A stretch of DNA of 64,000 nt, from contig NC_087437.1 of NCBI RefSeq assembly GCF_036321535.1, forward strand, positions 38,814,001 through 38,878,000, read 5' to 3'. The notes beneath the pieces are model-generated. The model was not told the DNA's origin and did not search any database. It was given only the letters and a program-made list of their open reading frames with translations. Below, in pieces: positions 1 through 10,326 of this stretch. Numbering within the stretch: the first letter of the stretch is position 1; the number at the start of each line of letters is the position of its first letter. A program made the translations under genes and the position numbers. Source of the DNA: Camelus dromedarius (taxonomy: Eukaryota).

Positions 1-323
1 TTCTAGAAAGACAGGAGCTCAACAGGATTATTATCCAGGACAGAATCCTGCTCTTTCCGTCTCTATCTGCTGTTGAAGCCAGAGTCTCATTCTTTTTAAA
101 GTTATATTAACAAATTACATCTTATCCATAAGAATGAGAACCTAATTTAAAAAGAAAAAGATCTAAAGATTCCGTGTTTTGTTCTGTCATATATAGCCTT
201 ATTGAATTATTGAATCTACCACTTTTTAAATTTCACTTTTTCAGAAAGGTGTGACTCTTAGAAATTGAGACTGGATAATTCCTGCAACCTCGTCAGAATT
301 CCTCATAACTAAAAATTCCTTAC

Positions 324-3153
324 TGTTGTCTGTGTACAATTCGCAAAACAAACTCTTCCTCCAGAAAACACTACCAAAAACTGCTCTGGAAGGAATTAAG
401 TTTTATAGCAAAAATCCTGGCTCCTACGTGAATAGATAACTATCCTAGCCACAAAAGAAAAAGAAATTATATAGAAGACTGGAAAATTATTGCTCATGTA
501 TTACACAGTATGCAGCATTTGGTTGTTTTTCAGAATCTTGGAAAATTCCTCTGCTTCTGGCATACATGATTACTCATTTGAAACCTCTGATTCTTTCCCT
601 ACTGATTTCGGACTCCAAAGGTATTCTTTGCCTAAAGCTGCTGGCTGACGCTACAGAATATAATAAATGTAGGTGATAAAACACAACTCAATATTTTAGT
701 CATAAAATTTGAAAGAGAACAAAAATTATTACCTGGACTTACCCATTATTTCAAATTCAAGAAGGGTATGTAGAAGTACATAAAATCGCTAATGGCAGTG
801 TCTTTATAGTATTACTTTTCCAAGGTGAAGTATGCTGCTAGTTTCTTGAAAATACCAGTATAGAGCTTTTCAGAGGCCGACATTGCAGGAGCTCTCCAAG
901 GCCTATGAGCTGAATTTACGTAACATTTCCTTTGGGTAGAGCTTGTAATAGATGAGCTGTTGGTACTGGTCTTGCTAAATTTGTTGTTAGTTCTGTTTCA
1001 CTTTTGTTTCTTTAGCATGTAAAAAAATAGTATTATATAATTATATTTTTATTGCCATATATTTAACAATATGTATAATTTAAAAATTGTACATCTTGAG
1101 AAATTTCACCAATTTAGTATTTTATTTCTCAGGCAGGAAGAAATTGGAGAGATTGAAGACCTAACATTTGAGAAGGGCTAAGGTAACCTTATGATTGGGA
1201 ACCTTATGATTCTCTCCAGTTTTAGTAAATTTGTCATTTTAATAAAATTTATTAATTTTCAAAATAGGGGAAGGCAAGAAAAATATAGTTGAGCTAATTT
1301 ATAAAAATAAATGAATTTAAATTAATAATGTTCAGGATCCTAGAGTAAATTTTTCATTTAAATCTCTTTACTTCCAATTGAATTCAGTATTTTTTTTAAT
1401 TTGCAAGTGAAATCAACACTAAAAAAAAGGTGATGGATGTTAAATAATATTTTAAAAATATGTATCCAGGTGTGGTGATGGATGTTAATTAGACTTATTG
1501 TAGTGATCATTTCACAATAAAAAGATATCAAATCATTATGTAGTGCATCTGAAACTAATATAATGCTATGTATCAATTATATCTCAATGAAAAATGAGTA
1601 AATAAAATTTTAAATGACATTTCAGTGTCAATAAACCAGTTTTAACCTTCTCATGTGAAAATTGCTGAAATCAACTATTTTTTTTCTCTGTAGGAAACAT
1701 CACTATTTATCTTTCCCTTTTGGCTCTCACCTACTTAGCACACAGGCTTCCTGCATGCCACCTATACCTGACCTGTTGAGAGGTAAAGGAAGCTACATTC
1801 AAGATATTCTGTCTTTTTGAGGATTCTGTGAGAGATGTTTCATAACTCTTTTTTATTAGATTTTACTAATGACCTAGTGGTCATTGTTAGCAGATCAACA
1901 AGCTAAGTCTGTGGCTAAGTGTATAACAAAGCAATCGAAACCCCCCTCAGTGTGTTAGTGGTGCCTTGCTTAGATCTGTCTCTAAGCCGCCATCTTGGTC
2001 ACTTTGAACTATTTAAGGAGTTAGAGGAGAGTAAAGGGGAAAGTAGATGATTACGTGAAAACTAAAATGCTTTTCAATAAGAGAAACCACACCATCAACA
2101 CCGCCAGTAAATACTCTGTGAACAGACTACTTTGATAATGGAGGAAATGATTTAGAAGGCCCTATTGCAGCAAGATGTGTAGCTAGGCTAAAGAAAGAGA
2201 AATTATCGTTTCAGACATCTTTAACCTTCTAAAGTGGGCCCACCCAGCATACCCTCAACTTCCAAGTTCTAAGGTGGCACAAGAAATTATTTTGAATTTG
2301 CTGCTTTATGTTTATTATAGCTAGCATATTAATTTTAGAAAATAGTTTAGTTGCACAGAATGTTAGAATGAATGGAAAAGGGACCATATGTGGGACTGAG
2401 AAGTAAAGAGAACTTCCCAAATCTTCTGTCACCTGGTTCAGGCACCTTTTCACTAGCTCGCTGCCTTCAGTAATGCAGAGATTTCAGATAAGCAGGTGGG
2501 CCATGGAACGGATCAGTGGCCAATGAAACATCCATTTTTAATGTTCCCCTCTAAATGAACAGTTGGATTCTTTAGTATAAAGGAGGTGCTTGGTTTATCC
2601 ATGACATTTTATATAGTTGGTATTATAATTTTAATAGGCTATATGATAGGTATTTATAATAATAGTAATTTCTTAATTGTCATGAGACATGGCTGGTCAT
2701 ACTTATGATGTATCCAGTGCTGAGCCCTGGGTCAGATATTCAACATTCAGTTTCAGAACTATTCCTAAAGGAAATCATAATCAGCTTCGTAAACATGCTT
2801 TATGCTTTAGTTTCCGGGAAAATTTTGAGTCAAAACAAAGGGAATGCCAGTGTTTTCACTTAGAAATAAAGTAGAACAACCTTTCAAATAAATAAAAGAA
2901 GAATCGAGTTACCTCAGGATAAAGTTCTGCTCAAATTAAGACTATGAAATAGAATCATTTGTCTTGGGTTGCTCTGCTCCTTCTAGTCTATTCTCTAGTT
3001 CAACTGTTCAACTCCTGGCATCCAGCATCCTCATAACTACCTTTGGCTTCCCAGAATCCTCGCCAATGACTGTGCCCTGTGCCAATGACATTCCCCACTT
3101 CCCACCCACATGTATACATTGGACTTTCCTGCTTGAAGACCAAGTATACTGAC
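324..3153 (-). pseudogene. Exon-remnant cluster: 3153-2913, 2764-2703, 2550-2433, 1825-1773, 1016-743, 650-566, 444-324
   Basis: Example sites: tttcctttag|GA at 2764 and ATGG|gtaagt at 743. From 2764 onward the phases chain: IVLKLNVEYLTQGSALDTS*|RGTLKMDVSLATDPFHGPPAYLKSLHY*RQRASEKVPEP|ESSKRQNILNVASFTSQQ|AKETKV...RFYVLLHTLLEFEIM|ASASSFRQRIPLESEISRERIRGFK*. The acceptor at 1017 reads CAT, not CAG, and that block has 6 stops in 91 codons. Confidence 0.55.
1470..1610 (+). mobile_element. L1 (L1MA-type) 3' end fragment
   Basis: ggtgatggatgttaattagacttattgtagtgatcatttcacaat...tatcaattatatctcaat followed by an A-rich tail. Confidence 0.8.
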
Positions 3154-3172
3154 CTAAAATAATCCTTCCACA

Positions 3173-5053
3173 GTCTTGAGAGGGAGTTCAAGATGGCCTG
3201 AATTCACTTCTCGTGGACACACATATGGAACAATTCCTTCTGAAAAAGACCTGAAAAGCTAGTTGAACAGCTCCTCCACAACAAAGGAAGAAAGAGCCAC
3301 ATGCAGACAGGTAGGAGAGGCAGAGATACAATCTCACCAAAAACCCACCCTCTGCACGGTGACCCACAATCAGGAGGGAATGTCACAAATACGGAGCTTT
3401 TCCCTGAGGAGTAAAGGGTTCATGCACCACATCAGACACCCTAACCCCTGGGACCTGCACTGGAGAGAAGAGCCCCCAGAACTCCTGGCTTTGCAAAACC
3501 AATGGGGCTTACACCTGGGGGACCCATAGGGCTGTGCGGAACTGAGATTCTGCCCTTAGTGGGCTTGTGTGCAGATTCACTTTCCGCAGGACCCAGCATA
3601 AAAGGAGACTGAAAAGTGCCTAGCCTGTTTGTGATGAAGATTCATTGGCTAATCTCAAAGCATCTGCTGGAGGGCCAGGGGCCTACTGGGACTCTCCATG
3701 AGGACAGAGGCACTGGTGGGCACCATTTTTGCATTACTCTCCCTCTGCTTTGCTAGTACCTCAGGCTCATGCAGTCACAGACCTCCCCAGCTTCCCCACT
3801 GAAGCCTGAGGCATGCCCCATGCCTGTGCTCTTCCACTCCCTTACAAAAAGCAGTGGGTGCTCCCCAGCCCTGAGCTCTCTCCCAGCCTTGATAAGGCTG
3901 AGGCATGCCCTGACCCTGCACTCTCCTGCTGCCTCGCGAAAGCCGCAGGCAAACGTGATCCACACAGGAAACGTTCTGTGATTGCCTGGCTCTGGTCGCT
4001 GGGGCTTGCATTTCTGGCCCCACAGGACTAAAACAACTAGAGAGACAGTTCTTGGCTGGCTGCCACCCCCAGGGCACTGCACAGACGTTAGACTGAAACA
4101 CCCCCCCACCAAGTCTGCCTGTAAAAAGGCCTATTTACTTATCCTAAAGCATCAGCCTCTGGGCAGACATGGGTTTACCACATATCTAGAGGCTTCAGAG
4201 GTGCTCTCGGGCATGTAATCTGGAGGAACCATCTTTGTGTTCTTCCTTGGCCTCACTACAGTTCACTGGTACTTCCCAGAGAGGAGCTTATACACTTGCA
4301 TGAAGCCCCAGTTTTTGCACCTGTCACCCATGGGAGACTTCCAGATCAACTGGTCTAAAGACCAGCAGAGTTTATGAATGAAGTCCCATAGGACCATATA
4401 TATCTGCTATACTTTAAAAAATGCTGCCTGAGGGGCTGGCTTCCAATCAGCCTGACTGAAGTTCCTCCCTTTGGAACACTGACAGGTCTTCACACACCAT
4501 CAACAAATGGAATCTATTAAGAATAAATCAGGCTGCTCAGACAATCAAAAAAATGTTTGAGAGATTGCCAAGAGGTAGGACAAGGTTGAACTATAAGGTT
4601 CATCACCTACATGAGGCCAGCCCTTAAGACTGGGAGAGGGAGTTGTTGCATCTAATGTGTAAAAATAAACACAGATAGTCAAGCAAAATGAGGAAACAGA
4701 GGAATATGTTCCAAATGAAAGAACAAGACAAAACTTCAGAAAAAAGACTGAAATGAAGATAAGTAACCTGCCAGATAAAGAGTTCGAAGTATTGGTCATA
4801 AAAATGCTCACCAAACTGGGAGGAAGAATGGATAAACACAGTGAAAACTTCAACAAACAGATAGAAAATGTAAGAAAGTGCCAAACAGAAGTCACAGAAC
4901 TGAAGAATACAGTAAGTGAACTGAAAAATACACTGCAGGGTTTCAACAGCAGACTAGATGAAGCAAAGAACAGGACAGCAACCTGGAAGACAGAGCAGTG
5001 GGGCTCAGCCTAATTAAACTTCAGTTTTAAAAAATACAAAAAAAAGAAAAAAG
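3173..5053 (+). mobile_element. L1 with 5'UTR and N-terminal ORF1 only, ending in poly(A)
   Basis: Starts gagagggagttcaagatggc. ORF1 remnant MKISNLPDKEFEVLVIKMLTKLGGRMDKHSENFNKQIENVRK at 4753-5013. A-rich tail from 5029. Degenerate TSD 3156-3172 / 5054-5070 (13/17). Confidence 0.85.
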
Positions 5054-5369
5054 AAAAGAATTCTTTCTCAAAATGCCCATTACTGTCTCTTCCTTTTCCT
5101 CAAGTAATTACTTAATCAAAGGAAAGCAAATTGAGTCTATTAATTAATAGAAGGATATTAAAGAATGAATTATTAACTTCTTATTCCTCCCAAGAATTTT
5201 GTGGGAAGATGTGTTAAATTAAAGGGCTGAACTCTAATGGCAGAATCCTAGACAGCCTGATGAGAGGAGGCGTGATAATTGTGGACGAAATAGTTTGACT
5301 TTTTACTATTTAGTTCCTGATTCTCCTGCCCAGTTGTAAAGGGGCTTGGGAAAGTTTAAAGGGTGACTC

Positions 5370-5500
5370 AAGATGCCCAGTGCCTGGGTCCAAATCCCAT
5401 TTAAGTCACAAACTATAAGGTCAAGAGTAAGTCAAGCACCATTAATTCTCTCATCTGTAAAGTGGAAGAGATAATCATATCTGTCCCACCTAGTTCAGAG
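5370..5500 (+). mobile_element. MIR SINE fragment
   Basis: tgcctgggtccaaatccc...tctcatctgtaaagtggaagagataat core. Confidence 0.65.
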
Positions 5501-7372
5501 GAATTTGCTTCAGAAAGAATAAGCCCACAGGATTCAAGAGGTTTGCAAACCTTCAGACTTCATTTAGGTAAAATTGAAAGCTGTAGAGGTACTCGTCATT
5601 GTCCACCTAAATTTGTTGGTACGTTTATGGGAAACTGCAGTTGATTTGTTAAAAAAGTTAGCTTCAGCTGCCAGTTAAAAATGATAATTTTCCAATGATA
5701 ATTATCCATGGAGCTTCTTTTCTTTAATTGTCAAGAAGGGGTAAAATTATGAATTCAAAACAAAGGACATTTCTTGTAGCACCCCTATTTCAGCCAGATT
5801 TCTAATTCTCAGCTTATGATATATGGACTTGCATTTTCATTACGCTTTAAATTTCAACAAGTTTTGAAGCAGTTACTGTGCACAAGGCACAATGCAGGGA
5901 GGGCAGCAGAAGGTGGGGATCTGATGATCAATGAACCATGGACCCCTCTGTGAAGAGCCTGCAGATGTGGTGCTTATTTGTTTAAAGGCTAAACTGAAGT
6001 TCTGGTTGGAAATTAAATTTCTCAAGGGGACTGCAGAGCAAGGAAAGAAGAGGCCTCATGATATAATCAGGCTATTTCTAAAGAAGGCCTTTTAGACAAG
6101 GCAGTTGGAACAGGTTAATCAGTAGAGTCACTTACAGCTGGGAAACATGAGTGATGCATAAACATCCTAAAACATAAATACCTACTTTCCTTTAATCCTC
6201 TCTTGATGTGGGGCCAAGGTCTTTGCTTTGTGTGTGGATCTGCTGTTGGTTGGAGCTCAGCTTCATCTTTTAAGCCTCAGAGCATCTTTCAGATTCCAGT
6301 TGCAGCTTCACTGAGTGGTGCAGGAACTTAAAGACACGTGCATGGTAAAGCCACTCAATGTAACATATGTCTAGAGCTGAAAAACTTTTTTCTTGGCCTT
6401 GTGTTTCACCTAATTTGACTACAATTTTTCTGTAAGCTACCAGCCATTATGGAGCTTTTCCAAACCACATATATTCATTTTCATAGAAACAACTTTTTTT
6501 CCACTCTCATATCTCATTAGTTTACATAATATTTGGTTAAATTACATAATAAAAATAGCAAGTGTGATTGCATAAACGGTTTTTAGAACAAACTATTTGC
6601 CTCTACTGAGCATCCAGCCCAGTCGACGTGCGCAGGCCAGCTGGAGGTTAGTTGTTGTGCTGGGGGTCTTCAGCCCTGAAGGGTGGTGGGGGCGGAACTG
6701 ATTTGCAGGGAGAGGGAGAGCCTCCCCTAATCCAGTGAGTTCGTTTCCTGGAGTTCAGGGCTCCTACTGTTGTCTCAAATGCTAGTGAGATAAAAGGAGG
6801 AACTGGTGATTCAACCAAAGGTATATGAGAGAAGGAACAGTGAAAGCAAAAGTCTTAGGAAGAGAGGGGGGGTGTAATAGAGTTACAGAGAGGACAAGTT
6901 AAGATAAAACCTAAACAAGGCCATAAAGTTAACCGACTGGGGTGGAAGCTTGCCATATGTTGGGGAGTAAATGAGTAGCAGACAAGTAAGGGCAAAGGAG
7001 TAGTAAGGGTGGGCTCCTCTTTCAATATGTTTGGCTGAGAAGGAAGATAGATTGGGGGGATTTCGAGGAAGAAACTAAGTTGAGGAAAAGTTTGGTTTTG
7101 GAGTCTGTTTTTGGATTAGCATACACTTAAACATTTTGAAAAGGAGCTAGTAGAAAAGAATGCTACTTACTACTTTTAAGTAATTAAATGAAGAGGGAAA
7201 AAGGCAGATATTTTTAATTGCTCTTGAAAATCTATTTATTCTCTTTAGGATAATGATGCTTTCTACTCATTCACAACTTTTAACATTATTGAGCATATAC
7301 CCTGATCTTAAGATTTGCTTTTCTCTAAGGATCGAGTGGATAGCACACTATACAAAAAGAGGGCCAAGTTCC

Positions 7373-7444
7373 CAGCACTAGGCTGCTAGTCCATGCATTT
7401 CCCCTCCCTCCTCTCCCCCACCATTGGCAGTTAAGTGCACACGC
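7373..7444 (+). repeat. 72-bp perfect direct repeat, copy 1
   Basis: Identical to 8614-8685. Confidence 0.95.
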
Positions 7445-7504
7445 CCACTGAATAACTTCATTTGAGACTCTAGTATCCCTCTCAACATTTGCCTCTAACA
7501 ATCA

Positions 7505-7565
7505 CGTCTAGCACTGTGCCTGGTACCTAGTAAACACTGAATATATCTTTATTGAATGAGTGAGT
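7505..7565 (+). mobile_element. L2 3' end
   Basis: ctagcactgtgcctggtacctagtaaacactgaatatatctttattgaatgagtgagt. Confidence 0.7.
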
Positions 7566-7859
7566 AAACTCGGCACGCAAGATGGAGTCTATTTTTGGTA
7601 TCCACCATATGTCAAAGTAAATAACAGAGGGGTTCACAAGAGAAATGTTAAAGAGAGGCACAGAAAAGAGAGAAAAAAGTTCTAGGAGAAAATGTTAAGT
7701 CAAATTCATTTGATTTTAAATGTGCTACAACTTTCTAGGCAGGGAAGCTTTAGAAGAAATCACAAAGGAAAACAAATGAAAACAACACTAACAATCTCAT
7801 AACTAATAAAATTAGCAAGTCTTTAAAAAAAGTTTACATTGAGATTAGCTTAATGTGGT

Positions 7860-8168
7860 AAAAATATTTTTAAAAGATATGCTACAGGGATAACTATGAA
7901 TTGTTACACATTTTCTGGAAAGCAGATTGATGATACAGATCAAGCACTGTAAAATATTCATGCCTTTTGATTTAGTAATTTCCCTTCCAGGAACCTATCC
8001 ATGGAAAGTAATCTAGAACACAAGAAAACATTTTTGCATGCAAAGATAATCATTTCGAAGCTAGTTATAGAGAAAAACAGGAACAATCTAAATGCTGAAC
8101 TATTGGGAAATAGTTAAATAAATTATGGTATAAATGGTATATTAAAATATTAATCAGCCATTAAAACT
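7860..8168 (+). mobile_element. Old L1 (L1ME-like) ORF2 end / 3'UTR fragment
   Basis: ccttttgatttagtaatttcccttccaggaacctatcc...gttaaataaattatggtat...cagccattaaaa. Confidence 0.7.
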
Positions 8169-8174
8169 GGTTTT

Positions 8175-8612
8175 TCTACCTTAGAATCCTCAGAAAGGGT
8201 CCCTGGAAAAAGGAATTATGTGAAATAACCATTAGGAAGCATTTCTCTGAAAAATCAATATAGTAGCAGAAAGGATGGCAACAAGCAGTCCCATAGAAAG
8301 TAACTTTTGCTCAGTCTCTCAGAAGAGCTCTGGAGGAAGTATAGCTCATACCCCAGAGTTGTTCCCATCAGGAGCCTGGGAGCTGGCATATTTATATTTC
8401 TGCTCCATGGGGTTATTAATTAAGGGTGAGATGGAGGGGAGTAAATTCCCAGGAATTTCCCTGCCCTTTATGTGCAGACATCAAAGTGGCCTCCACAGCC
8501 TGAGTTACAGGTGCTGGCTGTGGGCATGAAAGCACACTGGAAGCCACTGTGCAGGACGTGGTAAAGGTCTCCAAGCAAATATGAATGGAGCACTGATGGA
8601 TCTGCTTTACTA
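8175..8612 (-). mobile_element. Old ERVL solo LTR (LTR16/LTR33-like)
   Basis: Terminus atatgaatggagcactgatggatctgcttta resembles the reverse-complemented start of LTR16-family LTRs. Confidence 0.5.
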
Positions 8613-8613
8613 G

Positions 8614-8685
8614 CAGCACTAGGCTGCTAGTCCATGCATTTCCCCTCCCTCCTCTCCCCCACCATTGGCAGTTAAGTGCACACGC
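8614..8685 (+). repeat. 72-bp perfect direct repeat, copy 2
   Basis: Identical to 7373-7444. Overlaps the palindrome ttaagtgc-acac-gcacttaa. Confidence 0.95.
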
Positions 8686-8704
8686 ACTTAAGTACACTCC
8701 ATGA

Positions 8705-9425
8705 GAAAAGGGAAGCCTCCTACACTGTTGGTGGGAAGGCAGGTTGGTGTAGCCACTATGAGAAACAGTATGGAAGTTCCCTAGAAAACCAAAAATAGAG
8801 CATTCATATAATCCAGCAATCCTGCTCCTGGGCATATATCCAGAAAAGATGAAAACTCTAATTCGAAGAGATGCACGCACCCCACTGTTCATAACAGCAC
8901 TACTTGCAATGGCCAAGACATGGAAACAACCTAAGTGTCCGTCAACAGATGAACGGACAAAGAAGATGCGGTATATATATACAAAGGAATGTTACTCAGC
9001 CGTAAGAATTAAATAATGCCATTTGCAACTACGTGGATGGACCTAGGGATTATCATACTAAGTGAAGTATACATACAGGGAAAGACAAATCTTGTATCAC
9101 TTAAATATGGAATCTAAAACACAATACAAATGAATCTATATACAAAACAAACAGACTCACAGATGTGGAAAACAAACATGTGGCTGGGGAAAAGGGAGGA
9201 ATAAATTAGGAGTATGGCATTAACAGATACAAGCTACTATATGTAAAATAGACAAGCAATGAGGATTTACTGTATCTTGCAGGGAACTATATTCAATATC
9301 TGATAATAACCTATAATGAAAAATGATCTGAAAAGTATATGTGTAACTGAATCACTTTGCTATACACCTGAAACTAACACAATATTGTAAATCAATTCTA
9401 CTTTGATTAAACAACAACGATAGAA
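8705..9425 (+). mobile_element. 5'-truncated cetartiodactyl-type L1 (ORF2 C-terminus and 3'UTR)
   Basis: gaaaagggaagcctcctacactgttggtgggaa...cagggaactatattcaatatc...ttgtaaatcaattctac. TSD aagtacactccatga 8690-8704 / aagaacattccatga 9426-9440. Confidence 0.9.
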
Positions 9426-9489
9426 AAGAACATTCCATGATATGATGGCGGCTAAGTGAAAAAAAAAACTACTAAAAGTTAGTTTCAAA

Positions 9490-10326
9490 ATACTTTATAA
9501 GGGGTCAGATTTATACTACAGCCTGAAATAACTAGAAACCTGTACAAAATATATGAAACAATGGTTTAGGTGTAAGACATCAGGCAGAAGTAATCCCACA
9601 GAGTGAGGAAACAGAAGAGGTGAACCTAATGATTGCTCTAACTACTGCCTGGAGAGAAGGCAGCAGGTCGGAGCAGGAGGAGTCAGGTGGCACGCGGCCA
9701 TCTCCCTAACAGAGGAGACAAAACCGGGAGACTGCAGAGGTATTTTGCATTAGGGAAAGCTGGGTGAAGGGTATACAAGAACGATTTTTGCAACTTTTCT
9801 CTAAATCTAGAATTACTTCAAAATAGAAAGGTTTAAAAATCAAAAAAAAAAAAAAAAAAAAGAGAGAAATACACCATGACAACACTAATCAAAAGGAAGA
9901 CAGAGTGGCTATGTTGTCAAAGTAGATTTTAGAGAAAAGAATATTATCAAGAATAAACGTGGTCATTTCATGATGATAAAGGGGTCAGTTTATCAAGAGG
10001 ACATCATAATCCCAAATGTTTATGCACCTAATAGCAGGTCTTCTAAATACACGAAGCAAAAACTAATAGAACAAGGAGAAATAGACAAATCTGCAATTCT
10101 AGTCAGAGCCTTCAACAGTCTTTTCTCAGTACTGGATACAATAAATAGCTAGAAAATCTGTAAGGATGTAAAAGACCCGAGGAATACTATCAACCAACAT
10201 GACCTAATTGATGTTTATAGAACATTCCACCCAAACAACAACAGAATCATGTTTGTTTTTTTAAGTGCACAGGAACTATTTACCAAGATGGACCATGTTC
10301 TGAGATGTAAGCGTCTTACTAAATTT
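9490..10326 (+). mobile_element. Old L1 fragments: 5'UTR-like piece, a 3' end with poly(A) at about 9750-9861, and ORF2 endonuclease region
   Basis: ORF 9970-10152 [31 protein letters not shown] matches the L1 endonuclease domain. Confidence 0.85.

Noticed and set aside
1185..1211. Short direct repeat aaccttatgatt x2 (similar ones at about 12343-12372 and 51359-51397)
   Set aside because: Ordinary slippage duplications; no array or spacer structure.
3753..4218. Cluster of 70-119 aa ORFs on both strands
   Set aside because: L1 5'UTR sequence.
8416..8916. 166-aa minus-strand ORF
   Set aside because: Antisense read-through of L1, the 72-bp duplicate and an LTR; not a gene.
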